A DNA stretch of 63,536 nucleotides, counting the filler, from an uncultured Methanosarcinales archaeon (GTDB lineage Archaea; Nanobdellota; Nanobdellia; Woesearchaeales; CAXGTL01): assembly GCA_964535955.1 (NCBI GenBank). It is 6 parts of 6 records of this genome, joined end to end, with 100 filler letters (N's around TTAATTAATTAA, not from the genome) between each part and the next. Parts side by side here need not be neighbours in the genome. Positions count along the whole stretch, not along the records: positions 37,540 to 46,044 come from CAZHVK010000021.1; positions 46,145 to 54,022 come from CAZHVK010000022.1; 4 more parts are not named here. One strand, given 5' to 3'. Below are positions 41,334 through 52,500 of the stretch, piece after piece; the stretch's first letter is position 1, and each line of letters begins with the position of its first letter. The translations under genes and the position numbers were made by a program. Below the pieces are notes generated by a model, which was not told the DNA's origin, ran no database searches, and worked only from the letters and a program-made list of their open reading frames with translations.

Positions 41334-42103
41334 GAAAAAAAACAAGATTATTATATACATACATTAAAAAGAAACCCAAAAAGAAATACAAAATAGAATA
41401 TGACAAGACAGGTAAACTAAGACCAGCTTGGGTAAAACTAGAAAATCCACCAAAAGGTGCAACATTTATTGCAATAAGATTTGGAAAGATAGGATGGAGA
41501 TATTTAGCCTACCTAGTTGAAGGATTATATCTTCCTACTCATTATACAAAACAAGAAATGGAAAAATATTATGACAAATTCTCAGAAACATATGATGAAG
41601 ATGTTAAACGTGCCGGACAAAATCAAAGAGCAATAAAATATGCTGTAAAATTATTAAAAGATAAAAACATAAAAAAATCTTCAAAGATATTAGACATTTG
41701 TGCAGGAACAGGCATAGGTGCTGAAGAATTTATAAAACAAGGTTATAAAGATGTAACTTTGCTTGATTTTTCAAAACAAATGATTAACAAAGCTAAGAAG
41801 AAAAAGCAATTAAAAAACTGTAAATTCATTGTAAGTGATTTCTTAAAATTTAGAACAAGAAAAAGATATAATATTGTAACAAGTTTTTTTGGTTTTGGAG
41901 CAAGTAGTTATTTTTCTGAAAAACAAATAGAAAAAGGTTTGAAAAAGATAAGATCATTGCTTAATAAGAATGGACTTTTAGTAATACAAGGTTATCCAGA
42001 CATAGAACTATTTTCTAAATATTTTAAACCAATAATTGTTGGAAGGTACACATTAAACAAAAAAAAGAGATATTTTACAACTTATTTCATAGGAATAAAA
42101 TAA
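41330..42103 (+). CDS. Class I SAM-dependent methyltransferase
   Basis: ILDICAGTG, LLDFSKQM, LNKNGLL. Confidence 0.88.
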   Translation: MRKKTRLLYTYIKKKPKKKYKIEYDKTGKLRPAWVKLENPPKGATFIAIRFGKIGWRYLAYLVEGLYLPTHYTKQEMEKYYDKFSETYDEDVKRAGQNQRAIKYAVKLLKDKNIKKSSKILDICAGTGIGAEEFIKQGYKDVTLLDFSKQMINKAKKKKQLKNCKFIVSDFLKFRTRKRYNIVTSFFGFGASSYFSEKQIEKGLKKIRSLLNKNGLLVIQGYPDIELFSKYFKPIIVGRYTLNKKKRYFTTYFIGIK

Positions 42104-43388
42104 ACCAATTACCAAACAAAACAGTAACTAAAAAACTTATCATAAAACTAGGCACAAAAGGAATACCAACTTTTACCAAAACCTTTTCAATCTTTCCTAA
42201 GTTTTCTAATCTTTTTAATTCATCAATTTGATACTTTTCAATCCCAAGATCTTTAGGACCACATACATATTTCTCATCAAGATCAAAAACAAACATTTCT
42301 TTAACATCTTTTTTACTAAACTTAACAAAATCATTCAAATTAGACAAATACTCAGAAAACTCATGCTCAGAATCAGTATGAATTAATTTCTTAACAACAT
42401 TTCTAAACTTTTTATAATTATCACTCCATTTAAAATATAGATGAAATTGTAAAAACCTAAACAAATTTGTATAAGAAACATAATAAAATTTTTTACAAAC
42501 AACATCTAAGACATCATCTTGTGTTAAAGTATATTTATGTATGATCTTATTTTTCTTTTTTTCAACATATTTAGAAAAAAAATAAGAATCTAATAATCTA
42601 ATCATAAAATTATTATTCAAGAAATAATCAACCTCTCTTTTATTATTTTCTTTAAAATGATTTAAAAGACTTTGATTATCTGTTTTTTTAATCCACACAT
42701 CATTAACAATCCATTCACCTTCTGTGAGTTCATTTATTTTAAAATCTCTCTGCATTGCACCTTCTTCTACAGCTTTTGCAAATAAATAAAAATAAATACT
42801 TAACACTATGAAAACCATCATAAGATACAGAAATACTTTAAACAAAAACTCAGTAACAGAAAAACTAAAAATAAATAATAAGATACAAACAATTACCACA
42901 AGAATCTTAATTCTAACAATCTTCTTATCCTTAGAATAATGTATAAACTTAGTCTTAAACTTGTGCCAATGTTTAATAGCTAAAAATATAGAGAAAAACA
43001 GACCATAAAAACCACCAATTATTAATACATTAATAAAAAAGATACTAATAAGATGCATCTCAGATAAAACAAAAACACTTCTCCACATTAATATAGGAAA
43101 ACCAAACACAGCTCCTAGACCAAGGACCATTTTTGCATCACCACCACCCCATTGACCAGTATAAAACATTACACAAGCAAACAAGAAAAATATTAATGCA
43201 CCAGCCAAACCATTAAAAAAATACCAATAATCATTTGAATGCACAGAATACATCAACCTAATACCTAACACAACATACAAGAATCCCCAATTGATTATAT
43301 CAGCAACTTCTCTTTTTTTAAAATCAGTGTATGATCCTATAAAAAGTACAATAAATGTTAATGCATATAGTATGTAGGTGGTTATCAT
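42087..43388 (-). CDS. Prepilin/prearchaellin peptidase (A24 family)
   Basis: SYTDFKKREV and GGGDAK aspartates, multiple TMs, C-terminal GIPFVP; long insertion in the soluble domain. Confidence 0.88.
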   Translation of the reverse strand: MITTYILYALTFIVLFIGSYTDFKKREVADIINWGFLYVVLGIRLMYSVHSNDYWYFFNGLAGALIFFLFACVMFYTGQWGGGDAKMVLGLGAVFGFPILMWRSVFVLSEMHLISIFFINVLIIGGFYGLFFSIFLAIKHWHKFKTKFIHYSKDKKIVRIKILVVIVCILLFIFSFSVTEFLFKVFLYLMMVFIVLSIYFYLFAKAVEEGAMQRDFKINELTEGEWIVNDVWIKKTDNQSLLNHFKENNKREVDYFLNNNFMIRLLDSYFFSKYVEKKKNKIIHKYTLTQDDVLDVVCKKFYYVSYTNLFRFLQFHLYFKWSDNYKKFRNVVKKLIHTDSEHEFSEYLSNLNDFVKFSKKDVKEMFVFDLDEKYVCGPKDLGIEKYQIDELKRLENLGKIEKVLVKVGIPFVPSFMISFLVTVLFGNWFILFL

Positions 43389-43461
43389 AATATGGAAGAA
43401 ATATTAAGCATATATAATAGTTTTGGTAAGTTTTATTAACAACCTAATTCTCCCACAACAT

Positions 43462-43875
43462 ATGAAAATACAAAGAGTAGTAGGATGTTTTATGGAATAT
43501 GATGGAAAATTTATAATCATGCACAGAAACCCTGATGTTTATGAAGCAAATAAATATGGATTAGTAGCAGGCAAAGTAGACAAAGGAGAATCAGACATAC
43601 AAGCAATGTTAAAAGAAATACAACAAGAAACAGGTTATGAAGCAAAACAAGATGAATTAGAATTCTTAGGTGAATACAGATGGGAACATCCAGAAAAGAT
43701 CTATGACTTTGTAACATACAGCATAAAGTTAAAAGAAAAAATAAAAGTCAGACTAAAAAGAGACGAACATCAAGGATATCTATGGGTCACACCAGAAGAA
43801 TGTTATGCAAGAAATGATTTAATACATGACTTTCATAAACTTTTAAGAGATGTTGGTTATGTCAAAAACCATTAA
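43462..43875 (+). CDS. NUDIX hydrolase
   Basis: GKVDKGESDIQAMLKEIQQETGY Nudix-like box. Confidence 0.85.
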   Translation: MKIQRVVGCFMEYDGKFIIMHRNPDVYEANKYGLVAGKVDKGESDIQAMLKEIQQETGYEAKQDELEFLGEYRWEHPEKIYDFVTYSIKLKEKIKVRLKRDEHQGYLWVTPEECYARNDLIHDFHKLLRDVGYVKNH

Positions 43876-43935
43876 TTAAAACAATATAATCAAATGGTTT
43901 TTGATCATGATCATAAATCTATGATTTATGACATA

Positions 43936-44325
43936 TTAAGACTTAGATTCTAAAAACTCCTCAATCAACTCAATATCCTTAAGATCTTTTTCATTGCCTC
44001 TTTTCTTTTTCCATTCAATGATATGAATTAACTTAACAAACCTGATTCCATCAATAATATCAGCAGAATCAATATATTTATCAACACCACCAAATTCATC
44101 CATAAACCAATCCCTAAATATCTCAATCTCACCAACAACTAAAACATTATCTCTTCCTTTTTTAAATTCAAACTTCTTAACAAGCTCATTCCACAGATCC
44201 ATCTTGACAATGATGTCAAGATCTCCATTCTCTCTAATACCATATATTGCCATTGACCCAGAGCCAAATACAGCAAACTTGTCTACAGGTAGATTCAATT
44301 TCTTTAATTCTTCTAAATATCTCAT
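43936..44325 (-). CDS. Small nucleotidyltransferase-fold protein
   Basis: VFGSGSM...DLDIIV...EKDLKDI. Confidence 0.65.
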   Translation of the reverse strand: MRYLEELKKLNLPVDKFAVFGSGSMAIYGIRENGDLDIIVKMDLWNELVKKFEFKKGRDNVLVVGEIEIFRDWFMDEFGGVDKYIDSADIIDGIRFVKLIHIIEWKKKRGNEKDLKDIELIEEFLESKS

Positions 44326-44409
44326 ATTTATATAGAAATTATCAAAACATTTAAATAGTTTCTTATCATTTAATAGTAATAACTAAGGTTTGGAGGGATT
44401 AAACTAATA

Positions 44410-45162
44410 ATGGTTTTAGACACTGTAAAAGGGATATTTAAGATTGATTGGGGCAAGAAAAGGTTAGAGAATGTTCCATTACATGTAGCTTTAACTATCA
44501 ATGGTATTCCAAAGTTTGCTAAAAACAATAAAAAACCAATCCAAGAAGCATATGATAAAGCATTTCAACAACTAAATGATATATTTAAAACACAGATAGA
44601 AAACAAGATAAGAATCCTAACAATTTATTATATGCCAAAATTCAGAAGCAGGGATCAAGAATTAATAAAAGCAACAATCAATTTTATGGAACAATTAATG
44701 AAAAATAAAATTATACATGAAAACCAGATAAAAGTATCAATATTAGGCAAATGGTATGACTTGCCAAATGAATTAGTTGAGCCAATCAAAAACCTTATAT
44801 CAGAAACAAAAGATTATGACAATTTCTTTATCAACTTCTGCATTAACTATTCAGGTAGAGATGAAATAGTAGATGCATGCAGACTGATTGCAATGAAGAT
44901 CAAGGCAAACAAACTAGACCCAGAATCCATAGACAAAGATATGATCAAAGACAATCTATATACAAGTTATTTTGTTCCACCTGATTTAATAATCAAAACA
45001 GGTATTAAATCTAAATTATTTGGTTTTTTATTATGGGACACTGTTCATTCTGATATTTATTTTGCTAATAAACTGTTTCCAGACTTTGCACCAAATGACT
45101 TCTTAAAAGCAATTCAAACATGGAAAAAAGATGAAGATATTATAGATTATAGTAAAGAATGA
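44410..45162 (+). CDS. cis-prenyltransferase (UppS-like) with degenerate active site
   Basis: PLHVALTING, INYSGRDEIVDA, PDLIIKTG, GFLLW, LFPDF; the DGNRR motif reads NGIPK. Confidence 0.8.
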   Translation: MVLDTVKGIFKIDWGKKRLENVPLHVALTINGIPKFAKNNKKPIQEAYDKAFQQLNDIFKTQIENKIRILTIYYMPKFRSRDQELIKATINFMEQLMKNKIIHENQIKVSILGKWYDLPNELVEPIKNLISETKDYDNFFINFCINYSGRDEIVDACRLIAMKIKANKLDPESIDKDMIKDNLYTSYFVPPDLIIKTGIKSKLFGFLLWDTVHSDIYFANKLFPDFAPNDFLKAIQTWKKDEDIIDYSKE

Positions 45163-45346
45163 ATTCTATTGAATTAATAATAAAAAACAAGACAACAACC
45201 CAAGACATTAGTCTAAAAAACCCAACACAAAAACTTAGCCACTTAGAAGAACAGGGGTGGGTGGTCGGGAGGTTTAGGATGGTGGGTAATAAAAAATCAA
45301 ATATAAAAAGCAAACTTTATAAACAACCTATCCTATAAATAATAAT

Positions 45347-46044
45347 ATGGAAGTATTTCATTGCATTAAAAAGAGGAGAAGTGTTAGAAAATACCTAGAA
45401 AAACCAGTTGAATGGGACAAAATAATGGACATTCTAGAATCAGCAGCAGCAGCACCATCAGCAGGCAATCTCCAGAACTGGAAATTCATTGTTTGCGCTA
45501 ACAAAGCAAACAAAGAAGAAGTAGCAAGAGCTTGCGTTGACCAGCTATGGATTTCTCATGCACCTGTTTTAATCATTGTATGTGCAGAACCAAAGCATGC
45601 AGAGTCTTTGTACGGCGAAAGAGCAGAAAAATTATACAATATCCAGAACTGTGCAGCTGCAGCACAAAACATATTATTATCAGCAACAGCTTTAGGCTTA
45701 TCAACATGCTGGGTTGGTGCATTTGATGAAGAAAAAGTAAGAGACATATTTAAAATGCCAGCAGAAGCAAGACCTCAAGCAATTATCACTCTTGGTTATA
45801 CAGATGATGAGACAAAAACACCTGACAAGATAGATCTTGAACGTTTAGTATTTTTTGAAGAGTGGGCAGGAGGATTTTATAGTTATGCACAAGTAACAGG
45901 TGATTATGGTGCCAATATCAGGACAGGGTTTGAAAACACAAAAGAATATATAACAAAATGGTTAAGTGTTTTAAAAGACAAATCAGTTGAACAATCAAAA
46001 AAGATTCAGGATAAAATTAAAAAGGCTAAGAGCAAGCAGGGAGA
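45347..46044 (+). CDS. Nitroreductase family protein, 3' end lost in gap
   Basis: RRSVRKY, APSAGNLQNWKF, AAAQNILLSATALGLSTCWVGAF. Confidence 0.92.
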
Positions 46045-46144
46045 NNNNNNNNNNNNNNNNNNNNNNNNNNNNNNNNNNNNNNNNNNNNTTAATTAATTAA
46101 NNNNNNNNNNNNNNNNNNNNNNNNNNNNNNNNNNNNNNNNNNNN

Positions 46145-46567
46145 GGTTCTGTTATGGATAGTGTTGTGATTATCAGAGAGTATGGTGCAGATGATGTTTA
46201 TGTTTTTGATCCAAAGATTCCTGCTAGATTTAATTCTTTAAAGACAATTGTAGGTGGTAAAGCTTATCAAGTAAAGATGAAGAATGGTGCTGAATTGGTG
46301 ATAAGTGGAACATCTTTCACTAAAACAAGTGTATCGCTCCACAAAGGCTGGAACATGATGCCTTACTTAGGTAGTGGTGTGCTTGGTATTGATGATGTAA
46401 TTGGATCTGTAAAAGACAATATTGTTATTATCAGAGAATATGGTGCTGATGATGTTTTTGTTTATGATCCAAAGATTCCTGCTCGTTTTAATTCTTTGAA
46501 AGAGTTTCAACCAGAGACAGGTTATCAAGTGAAGATGAAGGATGTTGGTGAGGTGGATTTTGGTTGA
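46145..46567 (+). CDS. C-terminal fragment of a surface protein carrying the tandem LHKGWN module
   Basis: Open from the gap; two IIREY...YDPKIPARFNSLK...YQVKM repeats. Confidence 0.85.
   Translation, partial: GSVMDSVVIIREYGADDVYVFDPKIPARFNSLKTIVGGKAYQVKMKNGAELVISGTSFTKTSVSLHKGWNMMPYLGSGVLGIDDVIGSVKDNIVIIREYGADDVFVYDPKIPARFNSLKEFQPETGYQVKMKDVGEVDFG
46340..46554. repeat. 215-bp exact repeat shared by surface-protein 3' ends
   Basis: Identical to the reverse complement of 61258-61472. Confidence 0.9.
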
Positions 46568-46582
46568 TGAATGCAGGTGATT

Positions 46583-49500
46583 ATGATTAGGAAATATCTT
46601 TTGTTTTTTTGTATATTGATTTTTATTAATCTTTGTTATGCTGCAACTTCTGACAATCTTGTTGCTTATTACAAGTTTGATGATGATGCACATGATCATA
46701 GTGGTAATGATAATCATCTAACTAATAATGGTGGAGAACTTGTTGATAGTTATTTGAAATTAGGTAATGGGGGTTATGTTATTAAAAAGAATTCTGACCT
46801 AGACTTAGTCACTACTTCTTTCTCTGTTTCAAGCTTTGTTTATATTGATAAAATGACTGGTGATTGGCAGACTATTTTTGAGTATGGTGAGTATGATATT
46901 AATAATGAACAAAATTGGTTAGGTTTGTGGATTAATCCTGAAGGAAAATTATCTTTTAGTATTGGTTATGATTTAGAGTCTAGAATTGTTGTTGAATCTG
47001 ATATATTATCTGCTGGAGAATGGTATTTGTTTACTATTAGTTTTGATAAAAATAACAATAAAGCTGTTTTATATGTTAATGATGAAAAAGTAAGTGAGAA
47101 GATATTTGAAATTTCAGGTTATTGGTCTGAATTTTCTTCTGTTGACTTTTCTATTGGTGCATCTAAATATCAAGATTCTTATGAACAGTTTTTTAGTGGT
47201 TATGTTGATGAAGTCAAGTTTTATGATTCTATTTTATCTCTTGATGATGTTAAGTCAGAAATTCTTAATAAGCCTGATGATATAATTGTACATGTTGATC
47301 CTGTCAGTGAAGAAGGATTGGTGGCTTATTATAAGTTTGATTTCGATGCTAAAGATTATAGTGGAAAAGGTAATCATGGAAAGGTTTATGGTGGTGCTGG
47401 TTTTACTAAGCAGGGCATTAAAGGTGACGCTTTGAGGTTGGATGGTGTTGATGATTATGTCAATATTAGGGGTAGTGATAGTCTAGATCTTACAAATACA
47501 ATTACTGTTTCAGCTTGGGTTATACCTGACAAAACTAGTGATGGTGGGTACATTTTAGCTAAAAGTGATCATTATTATTATGCTTTGGGTATGGGGCTTA
47601 ATGATCTTGCACCACATCTGGGAACTGGCAGTTCTTATTCAAAATGGCAAACTTTTCATGACTTTTTAATAGATGGTTGGACAAATGTAGTTTTTACTTA
47701 TGATAAAGATGCAAATGAAGTTAAAACTTTTATAAATGGAGTTCATAGGGATACATTTGAATATTCAGAAACACTTGGTGTTAATAATTATCCATTGCAA
47801 ATTGGTCGTAGATTGCCAAGTAATTATTATTTTGATGGTTTAATCGATGAATTAAAAATCTATAATAGGGTTTTAATTCCTGAAGAAATCACACAAGAAT
47901 ATGAAGATTCAAAACCATGTTATTTTTCAAAACAAACAGTGACTAGAGGACCTGTAAAAAAACTAGACGGAAACTATGCACCTTCATCAGGCAAATGTTC
48001 TGGTAACAAGGTTTTGGTTGGTATTAAATATAATTATGGTTCTCATATGGATGGAATTTATGCTGTTTGTAAAGATTTAGAATTTGGTTATCTTAATGAT
48101 ATGAAGTTTATTGATAAAGAATACAAGTGTAGTGGTTGGTGTCATAGGACTTGGAATAATCAAGAAATCTTTTGTCCTGAAGGTTATGTTGTTACAGGCA
48201 GTAAATGGTCACCTCCTCCTGTTGGTGGCATGTCAATCATCTGTCAAAAGATAAGTTTAGGTTATCAAGGTGAAATATTGTTAGGTGATGAAAAATGGGA
48301 ATCACAATGGATTGATTCTGGTGACTGTGCTCATAGAGGTGCTGAACGTTGTAAATCAAGTATGGAAATCTATTCTTGTCCAGAAGGTCAAGTAGCAGCA
48401 GGTGTTCATAATAGTATAGAAGGTGGTATTTATTGTGCTGGTGTTAAGAAGTTAAATGATTTTGATGGTGATGGTTATATTTCTATGGAGCTTGGTTGTG
48501 ATGATTGTAATGATGGTAACCCTTATATCAACCCAGGCATAGAGGAAAAATTTAATGGTATGGATGAGAATTGTGATGAACAAATTGATGAGAGTTTTGA
48601 TCTAGATGATAAACAAGAATATTGTGTTGAAAAACCATTGAGATCTATAACTGATAATGGTTGTGATGCTTTTTCATTTGGCGAAGAGTTTCATGCTAAT
48701 ACTAGAACAGAAGGAGATCAGACATTATTATCAAATGCTATGGATGGTGATGGTAATTATATTGTTGTTTGGCAAAGTAATGGCCAAGATGGTGGTGGTG
48801 GTGGGATCTATGCAAAAGGAGGAATCTATGCAAAAAGGTTTGACAAACATGGGAATGAACTAGAACCCCCTGAAAGTGTTGAGAGGGGAGATGGAAATGA
48901 ATTTAGAGTTAATACTTATACTCAAAATCATCAATTAAATCCTTCAGTTGCAATGGATGCTGATGGTAATTTTGTGGTTGTTTGGGAAAGTAAAGCACAG
49001 GATCATGATAAATGTACTAGGACTGATTGTTATGGAGGTGATGGTATTGATGAATGTTTTTGGTCTGAATGTTATGGTATTTATGCAAAGAGATATGATA
49101 AAAATGGAAATGAATTAGAACCTCCTGAAAGTGTTGAAAGGGGATGGGGTAATGAGTTTAGAGTAAATACTTATATTAAAGCTGATCAATTACATCCAGC
49201 AATTGCAATGAACAACAATGGTGATTTTATAATTGTTTGGGCTCACAGCAGGCGTGAGCGTCAAGGAAATATTGATATTCAAAGATTTAATAAAAATGGT
49301 GAAAGAATTGGTGATGAATTAGTGGTTGGTTATGGTAATCATCCTGATGTTGCATTAAATGATAATGGTAAGTTTGTCGTAACTTGGGGTTTAAACTCTA
49401 AAGTATATTTACAAAGATTTGATTCAACAGGAAAAAAAATAGGAAAAACAATCTTAGCAGATAATTCAGATAGAAATTCACATTTACCTTCAGTAGCTAT

Positions 49501-52500
49501 TTCTGAAAACAACAATTTCGTAGTTACTTGGGTTGGTTCAAGTAATGATGCTGGAAATGAAATCTATGCGCAGGTTTTTAATTATAATGGCAGGGTTAGA
49601 GATGAAATCCATGTAAACACTTTGGAAGAAGGGAATCAAGCACTCCCAGACATAACTATGGACAGTGATGGTAATTTTATAATTGTTTGGGCAACAGGAA
49701 AACATATGAGCATTGGAAATACAAAAAAAGTTTCTGCTCAAAGATTTAATTATTTAGGGCAAAAGCTTGGTGAAGAAGAAAAAGTTGGTTTTTATAATAA
49801 TGGTTTTTTTCCTAAAGTTGCAATGAATAATGATAATCATTACATTGTCTCTTGGCCACCACATTCTTGGACATTCGCTTTTGGTGGAGAAGCTTATACA
49901 AGAACTTATGAAAAAATTGAAAAGAAAATATTAGCACATTATACTTTTGATGATGATTTAAATGATTATAGTGATAATCAAGATCCCGGCACAATCATTG
50001 GAAATGTTGATTATGCAGAAGGAATTGTTGGTCAGGCATTGAATTGTCATGGTAATTCTGGTACTGGTGAATATGATAATTGGGGAGAACATAATACCGT
50101 TGATTTACCCAAGGGTCTATATTCTAAAAAAGATCAAAGAACAGTTTCTTTTTGGTTGTATAAGGAAACAACACCTATTTTTAATGAAGAGATGGTATAT
50201 TTCTCAGGTAAAAGAGCATATAAAAGTGGAGACTATAGTTTAGGAAACCAATTTGCACTTTCTTTGTTAAAAAATGATAAGATCAGACTAAGTACAGGTG
50301 ACTATAAGTTTGAATATGATTACAAACCTTATTATGCTTCATGGCATCATATTGTTTATAGTTATGACCAAAAGTATGTAAGATTATACATTGATAATAA
50401 ATTAATTGGGAAAGAAGAATCAGATTTCTGGACAGATGCTGATGATCACCAGTTATGTGATTATTATGGGCATTTGGGAAATCATGATTTCAAGGGCCTC
50501 ATCGACGACCTTCAAATCTATAACTTTGCATTGTCAGACGAAGAAATTAGACAAATTTATGTGACAAAAAAACCTGTTGAAGTTTGCAATAATAAAGATG
50601 ATGATGGTGATGGCAGGACAGATGAAGACAATGTTTGCCAAGCAGATTGCAGACCTGGTATGAGTTATGATGTAAGCAGCAATAGGTGGATGAATGATTA
50701 TTGTTGTGGTGATGATGCTGATGAGTTTTATGATCCTAACAGATGTTTTGATACACCTGAAGATGTTCATGCATGCTGTGAAAACCCTGATCACTATGTA
50801 GATTATTTTGGTAATTGTGTTGAATTATGTCCTAACTTAGGGGGTGTTGATAAGGATAATGATGGATATGATTCTATAGAATTTGGTGGTGATGATTGTG
50901 ATGATGATAATCCTTATATTAATCCTGGTGTAGAAGATGTTTGTGATGGTATTGATAATAATTGTGATGATAATATTGATGAAGGTTGTGACTGTGTAGA
51001 TGGTGCTACTAAGATAGAATCTTGTGGCAAGGGTGAATGTTATAAAGAGATTGAACTTCTTTGTGTTATGGGTGAATGGGATAAAAGATGCATTGCTCTT
51101 GAAAAGATCGAGGATGAGATCTGTGATGATGGTCTTGATAATGATTGTGATTCTGTGACTGATTCAGATGATGATGATTGCAATGAGAACTTAGAAAAAG
51201 ATAAGGACAAAATAGTTCATATACAATTTGATTATCTTACTAAAATATTTAATGAAATTAAAAATGATCATTCACATGGGGAACTCACCCCAGATGGAGG
51301 ATACGTAATTGGTGGGTATTCTGGGGTCTTATTAAAGGCAGATTCAAAAGGAGATAAACAATGGATGAAGACTTTTAAGATTGGTGACACTCCATTTTAT
51401 CTAAGATCATTTACGCAAACGACAGATGGAGGATATATATTAACTGGAAATAATGGAAAGAATGCTAAAAATTTATTTGTAATTAAAACTGACTCTAAAG
51501 GAAATACTTGTAATGTAGATTCAACTTATAATTGTTATATTAATGAAAATAAATGGGTTAAATTTTTAAAAAATGAACAATTACCTCCAAGAGCAATTAT
51601 ACAAACAGTGGACAGGGGATATATAATTTTATGTGGCGTTACTCAAGGAAACATACTAAAGCCAAGACCAAGGATAATTAAAATAGATTCTAAGGGTAAT
51701 ATACTAAATGAATTTGAATTTGGAAGCGATAAAGACACAGTTACTTCATTACAACAGACATCGAATCAAGGATTGATTGTGACTTCTATAGCAAATATAG
51801 AAGATTTTAATTATTATGCAGGGCGTTTGATTAAAATAAGAAAAAATGGAAAGACACAATGGACAAAAAATTATGATGGTAATATTTATGGATATGATGC
51901 AGTTAATTTTGCTCATCAAACAACAGATGGAGGGTATATATTAACAGGTACAACACAGTCTTATGGTAAAAATAAAGGGATTGTTTGGCTAATAAAAACA
52001 GATTCTTATGGAAATACTTGTAATTACAAAAATCAGGGTTATTGTTTTAGTAATCAAAATAAATGGGTCAGAACATTTACAATTGGTACTTTGAGATATG
52101 GGGGTGGTAAAGTTGTTAAACAAACCATGGATGGAGGATATATTCTAGCAGCGACTTATAATAATAGATCTTTAAGTACTAATATGTTATTAATTAAAAC
52201 AGATAAAAATGGTTATACTTGTAATTATAAGAAAGGTATTTTAAAAAATACTTGTTATTATAAGAAAGATATTAAATTTAATAATTGTTATATAAATAAA
52301 AATAAGTGGGTTCAGATTATTTCTCTTGGCTATTATGGTAGTGTGAATTCATTACAACAAATCTCAGATACAGAATACTTTGTTGCAGGGGAGAAAGGAT
52401 TACCTAATAAAAAAAAGCTTCATCCTATTTTGATCAAGATTAAGATCTCTGAACCAGAATGTGTTGATTCTGATGAAGATGGGTTTTATGATGAAACTTG

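Noticed and set aside
36352..46044. Truncated EndoQ-like, GNAT, nitroreductase and frameshifted HIT genes as pseudogenes
   Set aside because: All breaks coincide with N gaps, so they reflect assembly. Adjacency across the 37440 and 46045 gaps has no overlap support and was not used.
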